Shown here: positions 24,521-33,896 of the stretch, piece after piece
How positions within the stretch are numbered: the first letter of the stretch is position 1
Layout: each line of letters begins with the position of its first letter
Source of the DNA: an uncultured Rhodothermales bacterium
GTDB taxonomy: Bacteria > Bacteroidota > Rhodothermia > Rhodothermales > CAZKDQ01
Direction of reading: 5' to 3'
Length of the DNA stretch: 34,114 bases
Assembly (NCBI GenBank): GCA_964551345.1
Contig: CAZKDQ010000017.1
Coordinates: forward strand, 1-34,114
Position numbers and translations under genes: made by a program
Notes under the pieces: generated by a model
What the model was told of the DNA's origin: nothing
Database searches by the model: none
Seen by the model: only the letters and a program-made list of their open reading frames with translations

Positions 24521-26185
24521 CTATTCGACGCGATATACTTCTCTGCCTCCCACATAGGTGGCGACGACGTGCGTGTCGAGAATCTTTTCAGCGGAGATGG
24601 TCATGATGTCATCAGCAAGGATGACGAAGTCCGCCCATTTTCCCGCCTCGATCGACCCGAGCTCATCTTCCTGAAAGGCGGCGTAAGCGGCATCAAGTGT
24701 AAAGCCGCGGAGCGCTTCCTCTCTAGTGACACGTTCTTCAGGATACCATCCGCCCTCGGGCCAACCGTCGGCATCCTGGCGCGTGACGGCAGCATAAAAT
24801 CCGAGGAGCGGATCAACGCGTTCCACGGGGAAATCCGATCCAAACGCCACTCGAACGCCGTGGTTGAGGTAGCTCCGCCAAGCATAGGCACCGTGGATGC
24901 GTTCAGACCCGACGCGATCTTCGGCCCAGTACATGTCGCTGGTGGCATGCGTCGGCTGCATGGATGCGATCAGGCCGAGGTTTGCTAAGCGCGGAATGTC
25001 ATCGGGCGAGACGATCTGCGCGTGCTCAACCCGATGCCGACCGCTGTGCGCGACGACCTCGGCCTGAGCTCGAGCGTACGCATTCAGTACCTCGCGATTG
25101 CCACGGTCTCCGATGGCATGCGTGTTTACCTGGAACCCACACTCGAACGCATCCCGAACATTCTCCTGAAACGTCGGCGGCTCCACCATCAAAAGACCAT
25201 CATTTCCAGGATCATCCGAATAATCGTCGAGGAGCGCAGCGCCACGACTTCCCAGCGCACCATCCATGAAGAATTTGACCGAGCGGACGGTCAGGCGGTC
25301 GCCGTATCCATCGATGAACCCATTCTCGCAGAAGTGGTCAAACGTCTGCCCTCGCCCACCGATCATCCCATAAAGCCGCACCGTGAACCAATCCTCGTCG
25401 ATCGCGCGGCGATAGAGATCAACGGTCTGCAGGGATATGCCCGCTTCGTGCACGCTCGTCAGTCCGTATCGAGCCGCCTCGCCCAGTGCTAGCCGCAACG
25501 CCTCCTCGTACTGCTCCTCGTTCGTAGGCGGGACGTGGCGATCGATGAAGCCCATCGCCGCATCGATGAAGACGCCCGTCGGCTCATCCGACAGGTCGTG
25601 GAGGATGCGGCCGCCGTCCGGATCGGGAGCCTGCCGAATCATGTCGAAGTCTGCAACTTCCATGGCTGCCGTATTCGCCCAGGCGGCATGGCCGTCAACG
25701 CGCCGAAGCCATACCGGCCGATCGGGAAAGGCCGCGTCGAGATCGTGGCGCGTTGGAAATTCCTGCCCCGGCCAATCGTTCTGGTCCCAGCCGCGACCGG
25801 TGATCCACGCATCGTCTGGAAGATCTTCTGCAAACGCCGTCAACCTCTCGATGACTTCATCGATTGATTTAGCGCCCATCAAATCGACTTCCAGCATGCC
25901 GGTACCAAGGCCCATCAGGTGCGCGTGGGCATCGATCAAGCCCGGAATAACCGTACGCCCCTGAACGTCGAGCCGTCGTGCTTCCGGATAACGCTCCAGT
26001 GCACCTTGCGATGTCCCAACGAATTCGATGCGCCCGTCAACGATTGCAAACGCCTCCGCCCGGCGCTGCTCATCGTTCATCGTGTAAACATCGGCGTTGT
26101 GCACCACGAGCGCGTTTTGCGCCCAGGCCGCATCAGCAGACATCAATGAGAGCGTCATCAACAGGAGGGTGATGGTTCTAAGCAT
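24521..26185 (-). CDS. secreted metal-dependent amidohydrolase (Amidohydro_3 family)
   Basis: Signal peptide MLRTITLLLMTLSLMSADAAWAQ. HxH motif GLIDAHAHL, later VNTHAIGD and VEHAQ, and a C-terminal GSDFPVE. Confidence 0.88.
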   Translation of the reverse strand: MLRTITLLLMTLSLMSADAAWAQNALVVHNADVYTMNDEQRRAEAFAIVDGRIEFVGTSQGALERYPEARRLDVQGRTVIPGLIDAHAHLMGLGTGMLEVDLMGAKSIDEVIERLTAFAEDLPDDAWITGRGWDQNDWPGQEFPTRHDLDAAFPDRPVWLRRVDGHAAWANTAAMEVADFDMIRQAPDPDGGRILHDLSDEPTGVFIDAAMGFIDRHVPPTNEEQYEEALRLALGEAARYGLTSVHEAGISLQTVDLYRRAIDEDWFTVRLYGMIGGRGQTFDHFCENGFIDGYGDRLTVRSVKFFMDGALGSRGAALLDDYSDDPGNDGLLMVEPPTFQENVRDAFECGFQVNTHAIGDRGNREVLNAYARAQAEVVAHSGRHRVEHAQIVSPDDIPRLANLGLIASMQPTHATSDMYWAEDRVGSERIHGAYAWRSYLNHGVRVAFGSDFPVERVDPLLGFYAAVTRQDADGWPEGGWYPEERVTREEALRGFTLDAAYAAFQEDELGSIEAGKWADFVILADDIMTISAEKILDTHVVATYVGGREVYRVE

Positions 26186-26216
26186 GATCCGATTGAATGG
26201 AGTTCGAAAAAAGGTG

Positions 26217-26672
26217 TTAACGCCGGCCGGGCGGTCGTTCGATCCAAAGAGTTACCGGCCCGTCATTGATGAGGTGGACGTCCATCATCGCGCCGAACAC
26301 TCCGGACTGGACCGGACGGGTGAGATGCGAAGCGAGCGCGCGCTTGAAGTCCTCGTACAACGGCTCGGCAACCTCGGGCGGCGCGGACTCAGTGTATGAT
26401 GGACGATTTCCCTTTCGCGCATCGCCATAGAGTGTGAACTGCGATACGATGAGCGCCTCGCCGTCGATGTCGATGAGCGAGCGGTTCATCTTGCCGTCCT
26501 CATCAGGAAATACGCGCAGGTTAGCGCATTTTCGAGCGAGCCATGCAACCTCCGGCTGGCCATCATCATGATGGATACCAAGCAGAACAAGCAGGCCGCG
26601 GCCAATCGCGCCTGTCGTCTCGCCGTCGACGTCAACGGATGCTTCACTTACGCGCTGGACAAGAGCAATCAT
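26217..26672 (-). CDS. dtd: D-aminoacyl-tRNA deacylase
   Basis: Recognised from MIALVQRV..ASV...G.IG.GLLVLLG...SQFTLYGD..KGNRPS...NDGPVT. Confidence 0.95.
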   Translation of the reverse strand: MIALVQRVSEASVDVDGETTGAIGRGLLVLLGIHHDDGQPEVAWLARKCANLRVFPDEDGKMNRSLIDIDGEALIVSQFTLYGDARKGNRPSYTESAPPEVAEPLYEDFKRALASHLTRPVQSGVFGAMMDVHLINDGPVTLWIERPPGRR

Positions 26673-26687
26673 GCCGGAATATACAGG

Positions 26688-27275
26688 TCAGCCGCCCAAC
26701 CGTGCGCGGAGCGCCTCGGCAAATGCCCGAAGAGCCTTACCGCGATGGCTGATGGCGTTCTTCTCATCCTGCGACATCTGCGCGAACGTGGCTTCAAAAC
26801 CGTCGGGCTGAAAGATGCTATCGTACCCGAAGCCTTCAGTGCCTCGTTCTTCAAGCGTGATGTGGCCGGAGCAGATACCTTCGTAGAACCGGACCTCTGC
26901 ATTTTCCGCAAAGGCAAGCACGGTTCGAAAGCGAGCGACTCGGTCACTGGTTCTCCGGAGTGCCTCCAGAAGGGCTCGCCGGTTGTCCGCATCCGTTGCA
27001 GCACTTCCTGCAAAACGCGCCGAGTGAACGCCCGGCTTTCCGTGCAGTGAATCGACCTCCAGGCCGGTGTCGTCCGCGAGAGCGGGAAATTCCGTGTGCT
27101 TTGCAAGCATGAGCGCCTTTTTCCTCGCATTCGCCTCAAGCGTCTCACCATCCTCCACAACATCCGGTGAATCCGGGATCTCCGCAGAGGATACGAGTTC
27201 AACGGGCAGATCGTGAAGCAGCGCCTTGAGCTCCTCCACCTTGCCCGGATTCCGGGTTGCCAGCACGATCTTCAT
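26688..27275 (-). CDS. rdgB: non-canonical purine NTP pyrophosphatase (RdgB/HAM1 family)
   Basis: Recognised from MKIVLATRNPGKVEEL...ADDTGLEVD.L.G.PGV.SARF...GFGYDSIF.P......FAQMS..EKN.ISHRG.A. ATG 27275 is chosen over the tracked 27341. Confidence 0.93.
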   Translation of the reverse strand: MKIVLATRNPGKVEELKALLHDLPVELVSSAEIPDSPDVVEDGETLEANARKKALMLAKHTEFPALADDTGLEVDSLHGKPGVHSARFAGSAATDADNRRALLEALRRTSDRVARFRTVLAFAENAEVRFYEGICSGHITLEERGTEGFGYDSIFQPDGFEATFAQMSQDEKNAISHRGKALRAFAEALRARLGG

Positions 27276-27354
27276 TGATTTCGTGGCCCTTTTCTTGATG
27301 GAGACGCGTTCTGGAGATCCAGCCGATGACTCATGAAACATTCATTCCCGTGAA

Positions 27355-27386
27355 CTTGTAGGATGTCTTCTGTAGCGTTATTTTTG
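27355..27386 (+). promoter_or_regulatory. candidate Bacteroidota-type promoter for rpsU (CTTG -33-like, TATTTTTG -7-like)
   Basis: TATTTTTG at 27379-27386 matches TAnnTTTG. A TTG ends at 27358, 20 nt upstream, the same spacing as in the rpmE candidate. Confidence 0.35.
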
Positions 27387-27421
27387 GCGCTCTATACCGA
27401 AACCGCAAACCAGCTTTATTC

Positions 27422-27431
27422 AAGAGGAGAG
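27422..27431 (+). promoter_or_regulatory. strong Shine-Dalgarno element of rpsU
   Basis: AAGAGGAGAG, with the AGGAG core ending 7 nt before TTG 27437. Confidence 0.6.
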
Positions 27432-27436
27432 TCACT

Positions 27437-27631
27437 TTGGCAGTCGGAGTTAAGGTACGAGATAAGGAATCGATCGATCGGGCGCTGCGCCGTTTCAAGC
27501 GTTCTGTTAACCGTAGCCGCGTATTGCGCATCTATCGCCAGAACATGGCGTTTACGAAGCCTTCCGAGGAGCGGCGAGTCGCGAAAGAGAAAGCTCAGCG
27601 TAACTCCCGCAGGCATAGCCGCCGGTATTGA
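27437..27631 (+). CDS. rpsU: 30S ribosomal protein S21 (TTG start)
   Basis: Recognised from (M)AVGVKVRDKESIDRALRRFKRSVNRSRVLRIYRQNMAFTKPSEERRVAKEKAQR. Confidence 0.92.
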   Translation: MAVGVKVRDKESIDRALRRFKRSVNRSRVLRIYRQNMAFTKPSEERRVAKEKAQRNSRRHSRRY

Positions 27632-27680
27632 TAACCGGTTTCCTGATTCCGATTGCGGTTTCAGCAGTAGAAATTTCGAA

Positions 27681-27714
27681 GGAGCCATCTCACCGAGGTG
27701 GTTCCTTTTTTTGT
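27681..27714 (+). terminator. rho-independent terminator after rpsU
   Basis: GGAGCCATC pairs with GGTGGTTCC (two G-U pairs) around the loop TCACCGA, followed by TTTTTTTGTT. Confidence 0.65.
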
Positions 27715-27786
27715 TGATGCGGATATGAGGATGGATCGTCAGTGCCTGACGCATGGCACCCGTTGATTGATCATCATCTGCCCTCC

Positions 27787-28473
27787 TCATGATTTCTCCG
27801 ATGCCTCCGGCTTTCCCAGAAGCCGATTCTCTTCAAGGAAGCGTCTGAGCAGCCGGTCGAAGAACCGGGAGTGGCCGCCGCGCACATAGAAGTAGCCCGC
27901 GAAGGAGACAACCGCTGCGCCAACCGTGTTGACGATGAGATCCCACATCGTATCGACGAGGCCCGACTTCTGCATGTTCGTGCCGAAGAAGCTGTCCACT
28001 GCGAACTCGAAAATCTCCCACAGCACGCCTATCGTTTCTGCGAAACAGAACGAGAATAAGGCGACGAAAAACGGCGAGAGCATTACGCTCACCTTCTGGT
28101 GCCGGTTGAGCACGAACACGAGCGCAAACCCGATGATGCCCATGGCCACGCCGGCGGACGTGTGGAGAACGACGTCCCACCACCAGAAGCGCTCATAGTA
28201 GGAGCGGATTTCGCCGAGGAAAAGCGAGGCGAAAATGAACAGGATCAGAAAGAAATCGAGCTCCAGTGGGAGGAAGACTCGGTAGTTTCTCCGAATGAAA
28301 GCCGGCAGCAGTGTGACGACGAACGCGCCGGCGGCGAGGAAAGCGGTTAGCCACTGCGTTTCGAGCAGCGCGACTACGAACGCGATGAGAAGGATGATCT
28401 GCATTCCGATCGCGACATAGAGCTGGATTCGCTCGGCGCGATCGAGAGAGGGATCCTTGAAGAGTCGATTCAT
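27787..28473 (-). CDS. polytopic inner-membrane protein (about 6 TM; family uncertain, possibly YjdF/DUF2238-like)
   Basis: Six hydrophobic segments and a WWWDVVLHTSAG motif. The family assignment is from memory only. Confidence 0.6.
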   Translation of the reverse strand: MNRLFKDPSLDRAERIQLYVAIGMQIILLIAFVVALLETQWLTAFLAAGAFVVTLLPAFIRRNYRVFLPLELDFFLILFIFASLFLGEIRSYYERFWWWDVVLHTSAGVAMGIIGFALVFVLNRHQKVSVMLSPFFVALFSFCFAETIGVLWEIFEFAVDSFFGTNMQKSGLVDTMWDLIVNTVGAAVVSFAGYFYVRGGHSRFFDRLLRRFLEENRLLGKPEASEKS

Positions 28474-28574
28474 TCAGCTGAAGGAGGTGCTCCGGAAAGA
28501 AGCGTCATACGACCTGGTGCGCGGGTAGTTTTTCAAAAGACACGGCCGCGTTGGCATGCTTCACTACGCAAGAA

Positions 28575-28600
28575 GCCCTCGACCAACAATGGCCGAGGGC
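28575..28600 (-). terminator. possible terminator hairpin downstream of the SusCD-lipoprotein genes
   Basis: GCCCTCG...CGAGGGC is a 7-bp stem. It is followed by TTCTTG on the minus strand and TTTG on the plus strand. Confidence 0.3.
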
Positions 28601-28687
28601 TTTGTCAGGCGAAGCTATAAGCGCCTGAGGGAGTAGGAAGATCGTCCGTCGTTTGCCGGCACTTGTCCGGCTTTCAGGACGAACAGC

Positions 28688-29065
28688 CTACACTTCATCC
28701 TCATCTTCTTCGGGCTCGACGACGTTCAGCGTTCGGCTGCCTTCTTGCTCTCCATTAGACACGGTGAGCGTATAGGTGCCCGGGGTATCGATCGTCACAT
28801 CAACGTATTCCCCATCACGCCTGGTTTCGAGGGTTCCTCCGTCGAGGTTCCATGTGTAGTTCTTGTTGATGGTAAAGCCGCGGACGTAGTACGATTCCGT
28901 TTCGCCCGCAACTAGCTCGCTCGGCCCACCGGCTATTGCCAGTGTGTTGCCCGGCTCCCAGCCGAAGTTCTGCTCTCCCGATGTACCGCATCCAGCCAGA
29001 ACGATGGTGAAAACCACAGCGGCAAGAAGCGGCATTCCCGATGTATTCTTCATAGGTCTTTTCAT
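28688..29065 (-). CDS. small surface lipoprotein with an Ig/PKD-like beta-sandwich and an acidic tail, in the SusE/F position
   Basis: Lipobox LAGC follows MKRPMKNTSGMPLLAAVVFTIV. GTYTLTVSNGEQEGSRTLNVV is PKD-like. It lies directly downstream of susD. Confidence 0.7.
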   Translation of the reverse strand: MKRPMKNTSGMPLLAAVVFTIVLAGCGTSGEQNFGWEPGNTLAIAGGPSELVAGETESYYVRGFTINKNYTWNLDGGTLETRRDGEYVDVTIDTPGTYTLTVSNGEQEGSRTLNVVEPEEDEDEV

Positions 29066-29137
29066 GGTACCAGATTGAGTATCGGATTGTGGTGGAATGA
29101 TGAAACGCGCAGACAAAGACGCCGGCGCTTCGTCACG

Positions 29138-30625
29138 TCAGTTGACATCCCACCAGACAGGTGTGCCCTGGGTGTCGGGGCCACCGAGCATTTGAATGGC
29201 CTGCTCTAGATTCTCCTCGTTGAGGTTCCGCTCGTTCAGCGGGTAAGTCAACCGGATGGCAATGTCGCGGCCGAAATCAGGGATAGGCCCGTCGGCCGGC
29301 GCTCGCAGTACGCCTTCAAAGTCGAGGCGTCTCCATTCGGCCCAGCCGTGGACGCCCTGCATATACAGCGCGAGCCACTTCTGCTCACCGAGCGACTGGC
29401 GCCAGTTGGCTGCATCGTACGTGAGCCCGTCGAGGAAGGCGTCCACCTCCTGTTGATCATCCACCCCCCAGAAGTTGAGGGACGCCTCCACCGCATCGTA
29501 GAAGAGCGCCTCCGCGTCGCCGGCAATGAAACCGCGCTGAGCCGCTTCCGCCTGGATGAAAAGCACCTCATCATAGAGCATGAGAATCGCAGGCGAGGTA
29601 GCAGATATGACCTCCGCGCTCGGGCGCGAGTACTGATCATCTTCCGCCCCATATAGCGCCTGCGCATTGCCTTCGTTAAGCCCGTACGGGAAGCCGGCGT
29701 AGTCACCATTGGCGGTCTCTTCAGCATATGCAGACCGGCGCGGATCCTCGTGTTCGTTCATCAGATCAATCAACGCTTCGGATGCGTGCCAGTCGTCTCG
29801 ACCACCGAGGTAGTTGAGGAAGATCGGATTCTGATGCGGCGCTTCCGAGAGGTAGGAGAGAAGCGCATTATCGGCATTGCTTTCAAATACGCCCGCAGCG
29901 AGCGCTTCCTGGATTGCTTCGGCAGCTGCACCGGGTTCAACGTCTGCCATCCGGATCGCGATGCGCATCTTAAGCGAGTTTGCGAATCGCTTCCACTGCG
30001 TCATATCGCCATCATAAATGATGTCGCCGGAAGTGATACCAGGCGCACCAAGATTGATTCGATCATTGGCCACCGTCAGCGAATCGAGCAGGCTCATGTA
30101 GACGTCACGTTGCTCGGTATATTCCGGCGACGGATTGCTTGCCCCGCCAAGCGCATCGTGGAACGGGATGGGCCCCCAGATATCCGTCATCGTGTGGAAG
30201 ATCCACGCCTGCAAGATTTGCGCGATGGCGATCTGATTGTCGTTGTCTCCGTAAAGACTGTACGCGTTCGGATCCTCCCGATTCAGGCGCTTTATCTGCT
30301 CCAGATTGTTCAGAATCAGATAGTAGTTTCCCCACATGTTGTTGACGGAGCTTGCACGCGCATTGGGGAAGTCATAGCGATCCTCACTCGTGTACTGGTT
30401 CTGTGACCAGAACTGGGCGTAGACGAGGCCGAAACGGCCCGCCGTAAAGTCTCCCCAGTAGTTGTCCGCGAGCGCCATCTGCGCATCCGTAAGCAGATAC
30501 GGAGTCGTGGCGTCCGTCGGCGCGTTGGGGTTGTCGTTTATGTCGGTGATGCCATCGCACGCGCTCATCACGAGAGAGAGGGTCGCGACGACCACCACCC
30601 CGATGTTGAAGTAAGTTCTTTTCAT
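29138..30625 (-). CDS. susD: SusD/RagB-family nutrient-binding outer-membrane lipoprotein
   Basis: Lipobox VMSAC, a TPR-like helical body, and a WWDVN C-terminus. It lies immediately downstream of a SusC gene. Confidence 0.88.
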   Translation of the reverse strand: MKRTYFNIGVVVVATLSLVMSACDGITDINDNPNAPTDATTPYLLTDAQMALADNYWGDFTAGRFGLVYAQFWSQNQYTSEDRYDFPNARASSVNNMWGNYYLILNNLEQIKRLNREDPNAYSLYGDNDNQIAIAQILQAWIFHTMTDIWGPIPFHDALGGASNPSPEYTEQRDVYMSLLDSLTVANDRINLGAPGITSGDIIYDGDMTQWKRFANSLKMRIAIRMADVEPGAAAEAIQEALAAGVFESNADNALLSYLSEAPHQNPIFLNYLGGRDDWHASEALIDLMNEHEDPRRSAYAEETANGDYAGFPYGLNEGNAQALYGAEDDQYSRPSAEVISATSPAILMLYDEVLFIQAEAAQRGFIAGDAEALFYDAVEASLNFWGVDDQQEVDAFLDGLTYDAANWRQSLGEQKWLALYMQGVHGWAEWRRLDFEGVLRAPADGPIPDFGRDIAIRLTYPLNERNLNEENLEQAIQMLGGPDTQGTPVWWDVN

Positions 30626-30725
30626 TGCGTCGTCCATATTGAGGGCAATTGAGCTGTCGTTGGTCTCAGCCGGCGGCGTGTGCCACCTCTTAAGAGATTA
30701 CCTCCGCCGACTGAGGAGCCGTTGA

Positions 30726-33700
30726 TCAAAAGGTCAATCGGAGATTCACGCCAATTGATCGCTGCGGAGGGATCTGCCCCGCCTCAACCCCTTGGACGTT
30801 ACCCGAGCTCAGTGCCGTTGACGGATCGAAGTTCGGCGTATTCTTGTAGAGCAGCGCGAGGTTGCGCCCCACAGCCGAGATCGAGACGGCCTGCACCGGA
30901 AGGTTCGTGACCCACTGCGGGGGCAGCGTATACCCTATGCTGACTTCCCGCAGGCGTGCGAAACTCGCATCGAAAACCTGCGCCTCGTGGAGACCGAAGA
31001 GCGCTGCGAAGAGCGTATTCGGGTCGACACGCTCGGTCCAGACTTGTCCGTCCTGCGTGACGCCTTCGGGAATCATGCCGACCTCACGGATATTCCCCTC
31101 CACGGTCTCCTGGAAAATGCCACTATAGAGTCCAAAGAGATTTGATACGGAGAAGATGTTGCCGCCGCGCTGGCCGTCGATGAAGAAGCTCGCGCTCAGG
31201 CCGCGATACATGAAGGTGCTTCCAATGCCGCCGGTCCAATCCGGCATGTAGCTGCCGAGATTATCCACAGGACCGACTGCATAGGTGCCGTTCGGTTGGA
31301 TAATCTTGTTGCCGTTCTCATCCCGCAGGAACGTCGTGCCTCGCATCATGCCGTAAGGCTGATCGAGGCGTGCGGTTATCGTAGGCCCGAAGGGAGCCGT
31401 TCCCAGCGTGTAGGTCGAGAGGCCCTCAGCAAGCTCGACGAGCTCACTGACGTTCCGCGCCCAGTTTACGTTGATGTCCCACTGAAAATCGCGCGTCTGA
31501 AACGGCGTTGCGCTCAGCTCGATCTCTACGCCGCGGTTTGCCAGCTCGCCCGCATTGACGAGCTGCTGAACGTATCCGCTGGCGCGCGAGACTTCGACGG
31601 CGATGATCTGGTTGCGGCTCGACGAGTTATAGTAGGTCACGTCAAGGCCGAGTCGGTTTTGTAGAAGCTGAAGCTCCGTGCCGACTTCCCAGCTCGTCGT
31701 GATTTCCGGCCGCAGGTCCTGGTTCGGAAGCGTCGTTGGCAGCGACTGGAGCGGGTTTGAGCCGTATGGTGTACCCAACGGATAGGTGACGGACAGCCGA
31801 TACGGATCCGTGCCGCTACCAACCTGGGACCAACTCGCGCGCACCCGGCCGAAGCTCAGTATGTTCGACCCAGCAAGCGGACCGAGTTCGCTGAAGACAA
31901 GGCTCGTACCGATGGACGGATAGAGGTACGAGTTTTCGCCTTCCGGAAGCGTCGAAGCCCAGTCGTTACGCAGCGTGGCGTCGACATAGAACAGGTCACG
32001 ATACCCGAGCGTCGCGCTGCCGAAGATGCCGAACACCGCCTGCTCCTCAAAGTAGTCGTCGACTGTCGGACGGCTCGTGGAGTTGGTGAGGTTATACACA
32101 TCGGGCGCACTAAGGCCACCGGCTGTTCCGACAGCATTGCGGAAGTAGTCGTTGTAGCGATATTCGGTCGCGATGAAGGTGTTCAGGCTGAAATCAGGCG
32201 AGAGGTCGCCGCCGTACCGCAGCGTTAGCTGGCCACTGGTCTCCTGCACCTCACGGAACGCCTCGTTATACGAATCAAGACCGAGGCCCGCGATGCGATT
32301 ACCCGTCGCGACGCGTTCCTCTCGACGCGCGGTGTAGAAGTCATTGCGAGCTTCAGCGGTCAGCTCGATCTCATCCGTGAACTGATACGTGAGCCTGACA
32401 TTGCCGTAGATGCGTTGCGTGTCGTCATTCTGGAAGTCGCGGTATCGCACCCAGTACGGATTGGCGAAGTAGGCCATCTGCCCCGTCGAGGGATTCGCCC
32501 AGTTCCATCCGCGCATTGTGCCGTCTGGCCGCGTGTAATCACGCATATAACCGTTCGGCCCGAGCTCCATCTGCCGCTGGCCGAAGTGATTGAACTGCTG
32601 GAAGACATTTGCGCCGTGGTAGCCCGTACCCGGCCGGCCGACTACGTCTTCAAGAACGTAATTGGCAGAAACTGAGGCCGTAAGGCGGCTGGTGATGTCC
32701 AGCGCTCCATTGAACGCCACCTGATTACGCTTGAGTTCTGCATTCGGGAAGACATCCGATTGGTTGACGTTCGTCAGTGAGAGCCGGTAGTTGTAGTTCT
32801 CGGCGCCCTGGGTGAAGGCGACGTTCGTGTTTAGCAGCAACCCCGTGTCGAAGAAGTCTCGGACGTTGTTCGGTGCGGCAACCCATGGCGTCGGCTGCCC
32901 CAATAGACCGTTGACATCGTCATAGCTGTACCATTGCCTGACGGCCCGTCCGTCGAGCCGAGGCCCCCAGGACTGGTCCGTGCCGAAGTCTGCCACAAGC
33001 TGGCCCTCGGCGTTCTGAGAGAACGGATTGTAGGCACCGCCGCCATACTCATTCTGGTAGTTGGGAAGGCCGTAGACCGAGTTGAACGTCGCGCTCGTGG
33101 AGACAGTGACCGCACTGCCGCGCGTGCCGCGGCCGCTACGCGTGGTGATCTGGATGACACCATTCGCCGCGCGAGATCCATAAAGCGCGGCAGCACTCGC
33201 TCCCTTCAGCACGGATACGGACGCGATATCCTCGGGATTAATCATCGCCGCCGCGTTGCCGTAGTCGTAGCCGCCGCCGCCGCGGGCCTGGTTCGTCGAA
33301 GTAAAGTTTGAGTTGTCAAGAACAACACCGTCGACTACGAAGAGCGGCTGGTTATTACCGGCAATGGATGTGGCGCCTCGAAGAACGATGCGAGTTGATC
33401 CACCCATCGTATTGGACGCATTAAGCTGTGCTCCTGCGATTTTACCGGACAGTGCGTCGACGAAGTTGGTCTCGGGCACCCGAGTGATAGCGGCTGCGTC
33501 AACTTCCTGAATTGCATATCCCAGCGACCGCTCTGCACGTTCGATTCCGAGAGCGGTTACGACGATGTCTTCCAACCCGATAACGTCGGCGCCCATCACG
33601 AAGTCATGGCGGGTCGTTGCGCCTGCGCGTACCGTCACCGTGGCCTCGTAGGGTTCATAACCGATGAACGACGCCTGCACGGTGTGCGTGCCGGCGGGAA

Positions 33701-33896
33701 CGCTTGTTAGCGTGTATTGACCTTCAACGTCGGATGCCGTACCCATGTCGAGGTCAATGAGGATGATGTTCACACCCGGGACGGGATCGCCCGTTGTTGC
33801 GTCGGTCACTACACCTGTGATGGTCCCGGATTGAGCCATCGCCGGGACGGCGCCGATCAGCAGCAGGGCGACCAGGCTTGCGATTCTTCGCATCAT
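30726..33896 (-). CDS. susC: SusC/RagA-family TonB-dependent outer-membrane transporter
   Basis: Signal peptide, a CarboxypepD_reg domain (GTITGVVTDATTGDPVPGVNI), a plug region (VLKGASAAALYGSRAANGVIQITT), and a terminal ...GVNLRLTF beta-barrel motif. Confidence 0.95.
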   Translation of the reverse strand: MMRRIASLVALLLIGAVPAMAQSGTITGVVTDATTGDPVPGVNIILIDLDMGTASDVEGQYTLTSVPAGTHTVQASFIGYEPYEATVTVRAGATTRHDFVMGADVIGLEDIVVTALGIERAERSLGYAIQEVDAAAITRVPETNFVDALSGKIAGAQLNASNTMGGSTRIVLRGATSIAGNNQPLFVVDGVVLDNSNFTSTNQARGGGGYDYGNAAAMINPEDIASVSVLKGASAAALYGSRAANGVIQITTRSGRGTRGSAVTVSTSATFNSVYGLPNYQNEYGGGAYNPFSQNAEGQLVADFGTDQSWGPRLDGRAVRQWYSYDDVNGLLGQPTPWVAAPNNVRDFFDTGLLLNTNVAFTQGAENYNYRLSLTNVNQSDVFPNAELKRNQVAFNGALDITSRLTASVSANYVLEDVVGRPGTGYHGANVFQQFNHFGQRQMELGPNGYMRDYTRPDGTMRGWNWANPSTGQMAYFANPYWVRYRDFQNDDTQRIYGNVRLTYQFTDEIELTAEARNDFYTARREERVATGNRIAGLGLDSYNEAFREVQETSGQLTLRYGGDLSPDFSLNTFIATEYRYNDYFRNAVGTAGGLSAPDVYNLTNSTSRPTVDDYFEEQAVFGIFGSATLGYRDLFYVDATLRNDWASTLPEGENSYLYPSIGTSLVFSELGPLAGSNILSFGRVRASWSQVGSGTDPYRLSVTYPLGTPYGSNPLQSLPTTLPNQDLRPEITTSWEVGTELQLLQNRLGLDVTYYNSSSRNQIIAVEVSRASGYVQQLVNAGELANRGVEIELSATPFQTRDFQWDINVNWARNVSELVELAEGLSTYTLGTAPFGPTITARLDQPYGMMRGTTFLRDENGNKIIQPNGTYAVGPVDNLGSYMPDWTGGIGSTFMYRGLSASFFIDGQRGGNIFSVSNLFGLYSGIFQETVEGNIREVGMIPEGVTQDGQVWTERVDPNTLFAALFGLHEAQVFDASFARLREVSIGYTLPPQWVTNLPVQAVSISAVGRNLALLYKNTPNFDPSTALSSGNVQGVEAGQIPPQRSIGVNLRLTF

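Noticed and set aside
29750-30406. 218-aa plus-strand ORF inside susD
   Set aside because: It is antisense to a SusD gene that has a lipobox and is in operon position after susC. No motif is visible.
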